From Candidatus Parcubacteria bacterium (GTDB lineage: Bacteria > Patescibacteriota > Patescibacteriia > Patescibacteriales > UBA12075), in contig PKTK01000001.1 of the NCBI GenBank assembly GCA_002869165.1, positions 382,005 to 446,004 on the forward strand: a stretch of 64,000 nt of DNA, given 5' to 3'. Made by a program: the position numbers and the translations under genes. Each line of letters begins with the position of its first letter. The first letter of the stretch is position 1. This document shows, in pieces, positions 36,486 through 46,219 of this stretch. Under the pieces are notes generated by a model, which searched no databases, was not told where the DNA came from, and was given only the letters and a program-made list of their open reading frames with translations.

Positions 36486-38222
36486 ATGTTTTCCGATAGA
36501 CAAATAAAAGAAATATTAGTAAGCAATGAAATTATCAACCTTGATGATTTCAATAAACATTCTAAGGAAGCCAAAACTTTAGGCAAAAGACTTGAAAATT
36601 ATCTATCTGAAAAAAAGATAATATCTGGAGATGCTTTATATGAAAATGCTGCTAATTATTACAAGGTTCCTTTTATTAATTTAAAAAACCAAACCATCAG
36701 AAAAGATGTGCTTTTATCTATTCCAGAAAAAATTGCTAGTACTCACAAGATAATTGCCTTTGATGCTGATGATAAAAAAATCAAAATTGCCTTGAGTAAT
36801 CCAGAGGATATTGAAATTCTTGAGTTTATCAAAAAGAAAACCGGTTTAGATGTAGAAATCAATCTAACCTCCCCCTCTCAAATAAATGATGTTATTAAGC
36901 AATATCACAAAAGTTTAAAAGCAGAATTTGATTATTTGTCAGGAGACAAAGCTGATAAACTTGGGAAGGTTAGTGACGACAAAGATTTAAAAAAATTAGC
37001 CGAAGATTTGCCAGTTGTTCGTATTGTTGATACCTTGCTTGAATACTCTGTTTTAGAAGGTGCTTCTGATATTCATATCGAACCAGAAGAAAAAAAAGTG
37101 TCTGTTAGGTATAGAGTTGATGGAGTATTGCAGAATGTTATGGTGCTTCCAAAAACTGTTCAATCTGGTATTATAGCTCGTATTAAAATTCTTTCAAACT
37201 TAAAAGTTGACGAACATAGATTACCCCAAGATGGTCGTTTCAAAATAACCACTAACGACTATAAGGTTTCTTTTCGTGTTTCAATACTTCCAACATTTGA
37301 TGGTGAAAAGATAGTGATGCGTCTTTTGAATGAAAAAGCCCAAACATTAACCCTTGAGCAACTTGGTTTTCAACCTGGACCATTTCAAATAGTTAAAAGA
37401 AATGTGGCAAAACCAAATGGAATTATTCTTGTTACTGGTCCAACTGGTTCTGGTAAAACTACCACCCTATACACAATTTTAGGAATCCTAAACACTCCCA
37501 AAGTCAATATATCCACCATCGAAGATCCAATTGAATACCGCATGGAACACGTTAATCAATCTCAGGTTAATTCTAAAATTGGCTATACCTTTGCAGCTGG
37601 ACTTAGAGCTTTTTTACGTCAAGATCCAGATATTATCATGGTTGGTGAAATTCGTGATCAAGAAACAGCTGAAATTGCTATTCATGCTGCTATGACTGGT
37701 CATGCTGTATTATCAACAATTCACACAAATGATGCTGCCACAACCATGCCTAGATTAGCTGAAATGGGTGTACCGACTTTTTTGATTGGATCTACCATGA
37801 ACTTGATTGTTGCTCAAAGATTGGTTCGTAAAATTTGCACGGGCTGTATTCAGTCATACAACCTAGGAGAAGAAGAGATTAAAGAATTAGAAAAACAGCT
37901 TGATATTGATAGTATTCTAAATACTCTTGAAAAAGAAAAATCAATCATGGATGCTAAGAAAGGCCTTAAAAATTTACTTTTTTATCGTGGCAAAGGTTGT
38001 AAGAAATGTAACAACTCAGGTTACAAGGGTCGTATTGGAATATATGAGATTTTGGAAAACAGCGAGGAAATTAGTTCAATAATATTACGCAACGGAAGTG
38101 CTAGTGAATTAAAAAAAGAAGCCTTAAGTAAAGGCATGCTTATGATGGTTGAAGATGGTTTTATTAAAGCAAAAAATGGTGTTACCACCTTAGAAGAAAT
38201 TTTGAGAGTTACTAAAGAATAA
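36486..38222 (+). CDS. pilB: type IV pilus assembly ATPase (GspE/PilB family)
   Basis: T2SSE N-domain, Walker A GPTGSGKTTT, Asp/His boxes, tetracysteine CTGC...CKKC. Confidence 0.9.
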   Translation: MFSDRQIKEILVSNEIINLDDFNKHSKEAKTLGKRLENYLSEKKIISGDALYENAANYYKVPFINLKNQTIRKDVLLSIPEKIASTHKIIAFDADDKKIKIALSNPEDIEILEFIKKKTGLDVEINLTSPSQINDVIKQYHKSLKAEFDYLSGDKADKLGKVSDDKDLKKLAEDLPVVRIVDTLLEYSVLEGASDIHIEPEEKKVSVRYRVDGVLQNVMVLPKTVQSGIIARIKILSNLKVDEHRLPQDGRFKITTNDYKVSFRVSILPTFDGEKIVMRLLNEKAQTLTLEQLGFQPGPFQIVKRNVAKPNGIILVTGPTGSGKTTTLYTILGILNTPKVNISTIEDPIEYRMEHVNQSQVNSKIGYTFAAGLRAFLRQDPDIIMVGEIRDQETAEIAIHAAMTGHAVLSTIHTNDAATTMPRLAEMGVPTFLIGSTMNLIVAQRLVRKICTGCIQSYNLGEEEIKELEKQLDIDSILNTLEKEKSIMDAKKGLKNLLFYRGKGCKKCNNSGYKGRIGIYEILENSEEISSIILRNGSASELKKEALSKGMLMMVEDGFIKAKNGVTTLEEILRVTKE

Positions 38223-38236
38223 ATTAAATAAAGTAT

Positions 38237-39409
38237 ATGCCTGTAGATTTTTCAAAAAAGAATGTTGACTCCAAAGAGGAGGAGGAGTCAAGTTCAAAAA
38301 AAAGAAATAAGAAAAGCTCAGAAAATAACTCGTCGCCAATGGATAAGATCAATAGATGGCTTTTACGTTTTTCAAAAGTACCTCTAAAAGAAAAGGTTTT
38401 TTTTGTACAAAACCTAGGCCTCATGCTTCGTTCTGGAATTTCTCTGTCTATTGGTCTCAAAACTCTTGCCAATCAAACAAGCAACAAAAGACTAGCAGAA
38501 ATCCTAAATAATGTTGGTGAGGAAGTTGAAAAAGGAAACAGTTTTGGGGATAGTCTTAAAAAACACAAAAATGTTTTTGGTGATATGTTTATTTCTATGG
38601 TTGAAGCTGGAGAGTTGTCTGGTAAGCTTGAAGATGTTTTGGTTCAGCTTCATATCCAAATGAAAAAAGAAAATGCTCTTATTTCCAAAGTAAAAGGGGC
38701 TTTAACTTATCCAGCTGTTATCATATTTGCAATGTTGGGAATCGGAACATTCATGATCGTTTTTGTTGTGCCAAAGATTACGGCTATGTTTGATGAAATG
38801 AATGCAGAACTCCCCTTACCAACCAAAATTTTAATTAAAACAAGTGAAATTGTCATTGATAATGGTATACTTACTATAATACTGCTTACTGTACTTATAT
38901 TTAGTTTTTTTAAAGCAATTAAAACTGAAAAAGGCAAATTTATTTTTCAAGCTTTTTTGCTTAAACTACCTATCTTTGGTCCGATCATGAAAAAGATAAA
39001 TACTGCTAGATTTGCTAGAAATATAAGTTCTCTTTTAAAAACTGATATTATGATTATTAAATCATTTCAAATTACAGCAAATGTACTTGGAAATCTGCAT
39101 TATCGTAGAGCTTTGTTAGCTATGGCACAAAAGATAAAAAAAGGTTAAAAGCTCAATGAAACAATTAGCCAGTATCCAAATTTATTTACTCCAGTGGTAG
39201 CGCAAATGGTAGCCATTGGCGAGGAAACTGGTGAACTTGATAGTATTCTTGAGGAACTAGCTGGTTTTTATGAAGAAGAGATAGATCTTATTATGGATAA
39301 TCTTCCAGCAATCATCGAGCCGGTTTTAATTCTAGCTCTTGGTGTTGGTGTTGGCGGCGTAGCTATCGCCATTATTATGCCTATGTATTCAATTACCTCG
39401 GCTATTTAA
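38237..39409 (+). pseudogene. pilC: type IV pilus platform protein PilC (GspF family) interrupted by one in-frame TAA
   Basis: The ORFs 38237-39148 and 39194-39409 are in the same frame. Read-through gives ..AQKIKKG*KLNETISQYPNLFTPVVAQMVAIGEETGELD.., which parallels the first GspF repeat ..EEVEKGNSFGDSLKKHKNVFGDMFISMVEAGELSGKLE.. Confidence 0.8.
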
Positions 39410-39425
39410 TTTAGAACAAAACTAG

Positions 39426-40589
39426 ATGTTAAAGTTATTTAACTCAAAACAAAATATATTTGGTCTTGATATTTCAGATAAAACCTTAAAAATAGTTCAA
39501 ACCAAAAAATCAGGAGACAAGACCAAAATTCAGGCGATTGGTAGATATAAACTTAAGGATAAGGTTATTGTAAATGGAGAGATCAGGGATCCTGAGGAAT
39601 TTGTCAATTCTGTAAAGGAGTGTATAAAAAAACCTATCTTTGGCTCAATCACTACTGACTTGGCAGTCATGTCTCTACCTGAAAAAAAATGTTTTATCAA
39701 ATCAATTCAAATTGAAAAAGGTCCAAATTCAATTGATGATCTAATTGGTAGTGAAATTGAAAAGTACTTTCCTTTTTCAAAAGATGATATTTACTACGAC
39801 TGGGAAATTTTCAATGAATACTCGGATTATTACGATGTGTTGGTAAGCGCAGCTCCAAAATATATTGTTGACTCTTATATTGAAAATGCTAGTAAAGCTG
39901 GTTTGTCAGTTGTAGCTATTGAGCCTGAGTCAGTAGCTATCTGCAGAGCTTTAACCAAAAAAGCTGAAAAGAAAAGTAAGAACAATGAAGCACCCACATT
40001 CGCAATCATTGATATTGGCGCAGTTGAAACCTTTATGGTTATATCTTCAAATTCATCCATTATCATGTCTATGGGGATTGATGTATCAGGTCAAGAAATA
40101 ACGGAAAAAATTGCTACTACTCTTCAAATAAATGAATCTCAAGCAGAAAAAGCCAAGATAATTTGCGGATTAGATAAGACCAAGGCTGAGGGAATTATTT
40201 ATGAAATCCTTCAAGAAATGATTGAAAGAATGAATTCTAAAATTCAAAGTATTATTAACTTTTACAAAGACAACTACCCTGATTTTCCTGATATCGAGTT
40301 TGTATCTATCTCTGGAGGAGGATCTGATGTAAATAGTTTACATGAAGCTATTGCAGAAAGATTAAAACTTGAAATTAAAGACGCAGATGTATTTACTAAT
40401 ATAAATGAAGATATAGAGAAATATTCTGATAGTTTTACAAAAACACATAATTTAAATACAGATGTTTTATCAAAGCCTTCTAAAAATAATAAAAAAAGTT
40501 CTATAGTACCTGAAACAATTTCAAGCAAGCACAATTCCTCGCTTAGCTATGTAACATCAGTTGGCTTAGCTTTGCGAGAAAATTTATAA
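39426..40589 (+). CDS. pilM: type IV pilus assembly protein PilM (actin-like ATPase fold)
   Basis: N-terminal ..FGLDISDKTLKIV.., position after pilC, 387 aa. Confidence 0.75.
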   Translation: MLKLFNSKQNIFGLDISDKTLKIVQTKKSGDKTKIQAIGRYKLKDKVIVNGEIRDPEEFVNSVKECIKKPIFGSITTDLAVMSLPEKKCFIKSIQIEKGPNSIDDLIGSEIEKYFPFSKDDIYYDWEIFNEYSDYYDVLVSAAPKYIVDSYIENASKAGLSVVAIEPESVAICRALTKKAEKKSKNNEAPTFAIIDIGAVETFMVISSNSSIIMSMGIDVSGQEITEKIATTLQINESQAEKAKIICGLDKTKAEGIIYEILQEMIERMNSKIQSIINFYKDNYPDFPDIEFVSISGGGSDVNSLHEAIAERLKLEIKDADVFTNINEDIEKYSDSFTKTHNLNTDVLSKPSKNNKKSSIVPETISSKHNSSLSYVTSVGLALRENL

Positions 40590-40590
40590 A

Positions 40591-41133
40591 ATGTATAATA
40601 TTAACTTGATTCCAAAAAGCCTCAAGGAAAAACTTGAGATGCAAAAAATATTAACAAAGGTAAACAAGTTTCTTGTGATTGTTTTTGTTTTTTGCGTTTT
40701 TTATTATGGAGTTTTATATGCTTCTTTTTATTACCTTGATAAGCATTACCAAGAAATTTCTGTTACCTATAATGATTTAAGTAAAGATGCTAAAAATTAC
40801 ACTAACACCATTGCAGATATCAATGAAAAAATTACTTATATAAAAGGGATACAAAAGGATAATTTTAACTTAAGTAGGGTTTTGCAAGATTTTGCTACAA
40901 TAGACAATCCTTCAATCAAGCTTGATCAAATTTCCATAGACACAGAAAGAAAGCTAATTAATATAAGTGGAGAAGCAAAAACCAGAGAAATGTTACTGAT
41001 ATATCAGGATAATCTTGAATCAATCCCCTATTTAAGTGATGTTAATTTACCTATTAGTAGTTTAGTTGAAAAAAACGATATCAAATTCAATCTAAACATA
41101 ACTTTTAAATTAGATGAGTTCGCCAAAAACTAA
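40591..41133 (+). CDS. pilN: PilN-like fimbrial assembly protein
   Basis: N-terminal MYNINLIP.., single TM, coiled coil, position after pilM. Confidence 0.65.
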   Translation: MYNINLIPKSLKEKLEMQKILTKVNKFLVIVFVFCVFYYGVLYASFYYLDKHYQEISVTYNDLSKDAKNYTNTIADINEKITYIKGIQKDNFNLSRVLQDFATIDNPSIKLDQISIDTERKLINISGEAKTREMLLIYQDNLESIPYLSDVNLPISSLVEKNDIKFNLNITFKLDEFAKN

Positions 41134-41683
41134 AGAAAAAACTACTGACCCAAAACAAATAATGCTAATTACGGTAATTATATTTTTAGTTGCATTGTTT
41201 GCTTTTGTGTATTTGCTTATAATCCCTCAAATAGAAAAAATCAAAGAAAAGCGAGTTACTATTGCTAACACAAAAATCGAAATCAATAAAAATACTCAAG
41301 AAGAGGAGAATTTAAGCACCCAAAAGTCCAAACTAGAATCAATAGAAGATCAATTAGAACAATTAGACAAGGTGTTCATAAACCGGAACAAAGAATTAGA
41401 ATTTATCACTACTTTGGAGGGGGTTGCTGCAAAAAATAATGTAGAGCAAAATATTGATCTTAAAGCATTTACCAATAACACAAAAGAAGGCTATGTTTCA
41501 ATTCCTTTAAATATTACAGTTAGTGGTAATTATTACAATGTTATAAGCTACATCCAAAACATTGAGTCATTGAGTTATTATTTTAATATCACTAATTTAT
41601 CACTCAATACAAACAGCTCTCAAGTTGAATCATATTCAAATATTAATGCAAGCATTAAAGCAAATGTGTTTATAAATAAATGA
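41114..41683 (+). CDS. pilO: PilO-like pilus assembly protein
   Basis: Single TM + coiled coil + small C-terminal domain. The assignment rests on gene order. Confidence 0.55.
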   Translation: MSSPKTKEKTTDPKQIMLITVIIFLVALFAFVYLLIIPQIEKIKEKRVTIANTKIEINKNTQEEENLSTQKSKLESIEDQLEQLDKVFINRNKELEFITTLEGVAAKNNVEQNIDLKAFTNNTKEGYVSIPLNITVSGNYYNVISYIQNIESLSYYFNITNLSLNTNSSQVESYSNINASIKANVFINK

Positions 41684-41946
41684 AGGTAAAAAAAACCAAA
41701 ATACAAATAGTATTCAGGTATGTTTATATCGGTTTTATATTTGCAAATATTGGTATTGTTGTGTATTTGTATTTTTTTCTAATGGAAAATGTCAATGGCA
41801 GTATAAACTTTGATGAATCAAACTTTCCTCAAAATCTACGAAAAAACAATGACATTAAAACCGAGGAGTTTAATACTATCATTGATAAAATTAATGAACG
41901 AGAGTTAAAGGAAAATACTACCATAGACAATATATTCGCTAATTAA
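41680..41946 (+). CDS. small membrane protein (88 aa) at the end of the pilus cluster
   Basis: ATGA start/stop overlap with the pilO-like gene; one TM. Confidence 0.5.
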   Translation: MKVKKTKIQIVFRYVYIGFIFANIGIVVYLYFFLMENVNGSINFDESNFPQNLRKNNDIKTEEFNTIIDKINERELKENTTIDNIFAN

Positions 41947-43066
41947 TCTTTAAAATATTTTCTATATAGGTATTTAATTTTAGCTTAAGCAATTCACCTT
42001 CCTCAATTATATACTGTTGAGGATTTTTTATTTCTTTTATTATTAAATCCTTCAATTCATTGACGTTTGAAGCTTCAAATAAACTAGCATGAAAAAACCT
42101 TGCTATCTCCCCAGCTCCACCAATATCAGATGAAATAATATTTAAGCCTTTTATACCTGCTTCGTAAATAACAGTTGGCGAGTTTTCGTAACAAGTTGAT
42201 GGCATTATCAAACAAGCAGAATTTACAAGCTCTTTTTTTAAATCACTTCTATTTTTTTCACCTAAAACCAAAATTGAATTATCTGCACTTTTAAGGAGGT
42301 CTTTTGAGATAAGTTTTCCGACAATCTTTAGTTTTATATCTTTTTTAATATTACTATCAATATCTTGCCAGGCCTTTAGTAGCGTATCTATGCCTTTATG
42401 TTTTGCCACCAAACCAATGTAAATAAAATCTCTGGTGTGGTTATGAGTTCTATTAAAAAATTCGTCATCATCAAGTGGATTAAAATATTTAAGCTTAGTT
42501 GCTTTTTTGAAAAATCCTTTTTTTTCATGTAGTTTAATTATCCAATTAGACGGAGCAACTACATTTTTTATAGTCAGTGTAAACAGAATAGTTAATTTTT
42601 GGTAATACCTGGATGTCAATGAGTCAATTTTATCCTCTTTTCGGTAATACATTAGTCCAGAAGGATGAATCATGGCAATATCATGTAAAAAATGTATTTG
42701 CGAGTAAAACTTGCTGACAAAAAATAGGGTTAAAAAGCCAATTCCAGTAAAATTATGAGTAAAAACCTTGTCTACATTTTCTTTTTTTAAAATGTATAGA
42801 ACTTTTATTGTATTTATAAAATTTAAAATGTTTGCTATGTGCCAAAACAGTCTTAAAAACTTGGGAATTTTATTTAAATAAGGGAAAAAGCCTTTAAGAT
42901 AAAAATTATCTGAATTATTTTTTTGTTCAGAAAAATAAGGTTTTACTGATATATTTATAACTTCATTGCCACTCTTCTCCAGACCTTTTTTTTGTAACTC
43001 GCAAATTCTTTCAGCTCCTCCTCTAGAAAAAGGCTTATTTAAATTGTTTATTATAGCAATTTTCAT
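41939..43066 (-). CDS. glycosyltransferase (GT-B, family 4/1)
   Basis: C-terminal ..PSTCYENSPTVIYEAGIKGLNIISSDIGGAGEI.. is the GT1-type E-x7-E region. Confidence 0.7.
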   Translation of the reverse strand: MKIAIINNLNKPFSRGGAERICELQKKGLEKSGNEVINISVKPYFSEQKNNSDNFYLKGFFPYLNKIPKFLRLFWHIANILNFINTIKVLYILKKENVDKVFTHNFTGIGFLTLFFVSKFYSQIHFLHDIAMIHPSGLMYYRKEDKIDSLTSRYYQKLTILFTLTIKNVVAPSNWIIKLHEKKGFFKKATKLKYFNPLDDDEFFNRTHNHTRDFIYIGLVAKHKGIDTLLKAWQDIDSNIKKDIKLKIVGKLISKDLLKSADNSILVLGEKNRSDLKKELVNSACLIMPSTCYENSPTVIYEAGIKGLNIISSDIGGAGEIARFFHASLFEASNVNELKDLIIKEIKNPQQYIIEEGELLKLKLNTYIENILKIN

Positions 43067-44172
43067 TATATTTTTTCTATAAAGTCAGAAAACTTCGAAT
43101 CAATTATTTTTTTATCATATTTGTTCTTTGCCAACATTCTAGCTGAATCAGACATTTTTTTTCTTAAAGAGTAGTCTGTGATAAGTTTGTTTAATTTTTC
43201 TTTTAGGTCTTTTTTGTCCCCTGTTTTAATGTTAAAACCTTGAACCCCATCTTCATATACACTTCTAACTCCTGGTAAATCACTAGAAATAACTGGAACT
43301 CCACAACTCATGGCTTCAATTTGCACTATACCAAAAGCTTCATGGGAATTTATGGAGGGCAAAACAAATATATCACTTTTCTGATAAATTTGAACCAATT
43401 TATCAAGCTCTAATTTACCATAAAAGTTAACTTTTTTTTCTATTCCTAAATTTTTTACCTGTTTTTTATAGCTAGCCTGTAATTCACCATAGCCAACCAG
43501 ATTTAATTTTATTTTTTTGTCATTAATCTCCGAAAAAACTTCTATTAAATTATCCACTCCCTTAAAGTAGTGAGCCTTATCCATGCCACCCACAAAAGTT
43601 ATATTTATTAACTCCTTTTCTTTTTTTTCTTGATCAGGTTTAAATAATTCGGTGTCGACTGAAAATGGGACTACAAAAAACTTATTTTTGTTATTTTTAT
43701 AATATTTTTTTATATCAGAATTTTCTATATAATCTAAACTAGCACAACTAATCTTAGTAGACTTATTGAACAAACATTTTTTTATCAAATTACTTGGAAC
43801 AGCCAAAAACTTTTTTATCCCAGGCAAACTTGAAGTGTCCATATGATAATGAACAAGCAATTTGTATTTATTTTTATTTATAATTTTATCAAGATATAAA
43901 ATTAAGTCTGTGCCAAAAAAAGGATAATGAAGGTATACAATATCAAAATTGTTCAAGGAATTTAACAACCTGTAAAGAACGGCAGCATTGCCAAATTGCA
44001 AAAAAGACTTAATTTCCCTTACATCATCTTTAGTTTTTTTGTTATTAAAAAAAGGAGTAAAAATTGTTACTTTATGTCCCCTTTCTTCTAATGTTTTTGT
44101 GTATTGTTTTGCAACATTTCCTATGCCCCCCTTATAAGGCGGATAAGAACATACAATTTGTGCAATCTTCAT
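43066..44172 (-). CDS. glycosyltransferase (GT-B, family 4)
   Basis: N-terminal ..YPPYKGGIGNV.., C-terminal ..PSINSHEAFGIVQIEAMSCGVPVISSDLPGVRSV.. Confidence 0.75.
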   Translation of the reverse strand: MKIAQIVCSYPPYKGGIGNVAKQYTKTLEERGHKVTIFTPFFNNKKTKDDVREIKSFLQFGNAAVLYRLLNSLNNFDIVYLHYPFFGTDLILYLDKIINKNKYKLLVHYHMDTSSLPGIKKFLAVPSNLIKKCLFNKSTKISCASLDYIENSDIKKYYKNNKNKFFVVPFSVDTELFKPDQEKKEKELINITFVGGMDKAHYFKGVDNLIEVFSEINDKKIKLNLVGYGELQASYKKQVKNLGIEKKVNFYGKLELDKLVQIYQKSDIFVLPSINSHEAFGIVQIEAMSCGVPVISSDLPGVRSVYEDGVQGFNIKTGDKKDLKEKLNKLITDYSLRKKMSDSARMLAKNKYDKKIIDSKFSDFIEKI

Positions 44173-44222
44173 TTTTTTAGACTAACATCACGTACTAGCT
44201 TTGTAATATTTTTTTCTATTTT

Positions 44223-44489
44223 TTATAGTTTAATTCTTAATTTAATATAAAGATAAAATAAAACTGCAATAGAAAAGTACAGCAAAACATCAATACCAGC
44301 AGAAGAAAAACCAAGTTGAGCCACTAACGAATCAATTTTTTTAATAAAAATTATTACCAAAAGTATTGCCATCCAAAAAAACAACCAAAGATTGAATTCA
44401 CCCGACTTTAGATTATTTATCTTTTTTTGTTTGTATAAACGAAAGATAATATATGCTATAACAGTAATAGCAATGTATTGTTGAATCAT
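44223..44489 (-). CDS. DUF2304-like small membrane protein
   Basis: 88 aa, 3 TMs, directly downstream of a GT2 gene (the usual context for this family). Confidence 0.45.
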   Translation of the reverse strand: MIQQYIAITVIAYIIFRLYKQKKINNLKSGEFNLWLFFWMAILLVIIFIKKIDSLVAQLGFSSAGIDVLLYFSIAVLFYLYIKLRIKL

Positions 44490-44490
44490 A

Positions 44491-45186
44491 TCAAGATATT
44501 AATTTATTAATAAATAAATCTATCAAAATTTTTACTCCGCCTGTTCCTCTTCCTTTTCCAGAAAAAACTCCCTGACCAAAATCATCGTAATTAACAGTTA
44601 TAGGAACTTCTTTTATTTTCCATTTGTTTTTATGAGCTTTGTTGATTATTTCTGTACAATGAGCTGCTCCATCATTGTCAATATTTAATTCTTTGGCTAC
44701 TTTTCTCGAAAATGCTCGAAAGCCGTTTTGAGGATCTGTTAAACTTGATTTGTAAATTTTTTTTAAAATAAATCTAGCCACCGGCATTATTAAATATTTT
44801 TTAGTAAAAGGCAAATTTGTTTTATTATCTAAAAATCGACTACCAAAAACGATCTCTGCTTCTCCTTTTATGATAGGATGAATTATTTTTTCAATATCTT
44901 CAGCTAAAAATTGTCCGTCAGCATCAAAATGAACAAAAACTTCAGCGCCCAGTTCCATTGCTTTCTTAGTTCCAGTCTCTAAGGCAGCCCCTTGTCCCCT
45001 ATTTATAATATGATGAAGCAGAATAACATTCTTATTCTTGACAATTTCAAGAGTATTATCACTCGAGCAGTCATCTACAATAATAACATTTTCATACTTA
45101 AGCAAGACATTATCAATGACTTTGGAAATTTTCTTTTCCTCGTTATATGCCGGAATTATAATGTAAACTTTATTATTCATTATCAA
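44491..45186 (-). CDS. family-2 glycosyltransferase (polyprenol-phosphate sugar transferase-like)
   Basis: ..IIIPAYNEE.., ..VDDCSSDNT.., ..DADGQ.. GT2 motifs. 231 aa, soluble. Confidence 0.75.
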   Translation of the reverse strand: MIMNNKVYIIIPAYNEEKKISKVIDNVLLKYENVIIVDDCSSDNTLEIVKNKNVILLHHIINRGQGAALETGTKKAMELGAEVFVHFDADGQFLAEDIEKIIHPIIKGEAEIVFGSRFLDNKTNLPFTKKYLIMPVARFILKKIYKSSLTDPQNGFRAFSRKVAKELNIDNDGAAHCTEIINKAHKNKWKIKEVPITVNYDDFGQGVFSGKGRGTGGVKILIDLFINKLIS

Positions 45187-46207
45187 ATTGGATTGTTCGT
45201 ATATCTTTCAAGCCCTTATTGACTTGTAGGTGATGAACTGTTTCCTGTAACCCTTTTTCTAAAGTAACTATTGGTAACCACCCAAGTGATTTTTTTGCTA
45301 AATTTATATCGGGAAAACACAAAGGTGAAAGAAATTCAAGCTCTTTTTTATAAACTATTTCCGAACTTGAATTAGTCAATTCTTTTATTTTATTAGCAAC
45401 ATGAGTTAGGTTTATCTCAACGTCTGATCCAATATTTACTGGTCCAAAAAAATCGGAATCCATAATCTTATTTACTGCATCCAATAAGTAACTAATATAA
45501 CATAATGAAGTTGTAAAATTTTCATCTCCATAAATAGTTATTGGTTTATTTTCTAAAGCTGCATTTATAAAATCAGGAATTATTTGACTATCAAATAGTT
45601 GCATTTTAGGTCCATAGGTTCTAAAAACCCTTATAATCTTTGCGTCTACACTAGCTTCTCTTCGATAATTCATAACCATAGTTTCAGCAAATCGTTTTCC
45701 TTCGTCGTAGGAGCTCCTACTCGACAGAAAATCACTTTTTCCAATTTCTGCTTCCTCTATTTTTCCAGGATTTTTTGATCTGTCGCCATAAACCACACTT
45801 GAAGAAAAGTGTAAAAACTTAGCCTCGTATTTCAAGGCTAAATCTAAGGCATTTTTTACCACTAAAGAATTAGCTAGCAATACTTTTATTTTGTTCTTAT
45901 TAAAATCATTGATAGACATTGGGCAAGCTAGATTGTAAATATCCTGAATTCCTTGAAACTTAATTTTAAATTTCTGAAGCTCTGGCAAACTTTCTAAATC
46001 AATTTCAGTTGACATATCATGATTTACAAATTCAAAATCAGGCTCCGAAAGCAAATGGTCAATGTTTTTTTCATTGCCAGAACTAAAGTCATCAACACAG
46101 ATCACTTTTGATGTTTTTAATAATTCTTCACAGAGGTTGGATCCAATAAAACCAGCTCCACCAATAACTAAAGAGATTTTTTTGTCAAAGATTACTTTTT
46201 TGTGCAT
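45173..46207 (-). CDS. NAD-dependent epimerase/dehydratase, UDP-glucuronate decarboxylase-like
   Basis: GGAGFIGSNL Rossmann motif and YDEGKRFAE (YxxxK in the UXS-type context). Confidence 0.7.
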   Translation of the reverse strand: MHKKVIFDKKISLVIGGAGFIGSNLCEELLKTSKVICVDDFSSGNEKNIDHLLSEPDFEFVNHDMSTEIDLESLPELQKFKIKFQGIQDIYNLACPMSINDFNKNKIKVLLANSLVVKNALDLALKYEAKFLHFSSSVVYGDRSKNPGKIEEAEIGKSDFLSSRSSYDEGKRFAETMVMNYRREASVDAKIIRVFRTYGPKMQLFDSQIIPDFINAALENKPITIYGDENFTTSLCYISYLLDAVNKIMDSDFFGPVNIGSDVEINLTHVANKIKELTNSSSEIVYKKELEFLSPLCFPDINLAKKSLGWLPIVTLEKGLQETVHHLQVNKGLKDIRTIQFDNE

Positions 46208-46219
46208 ATTTATAAATTA

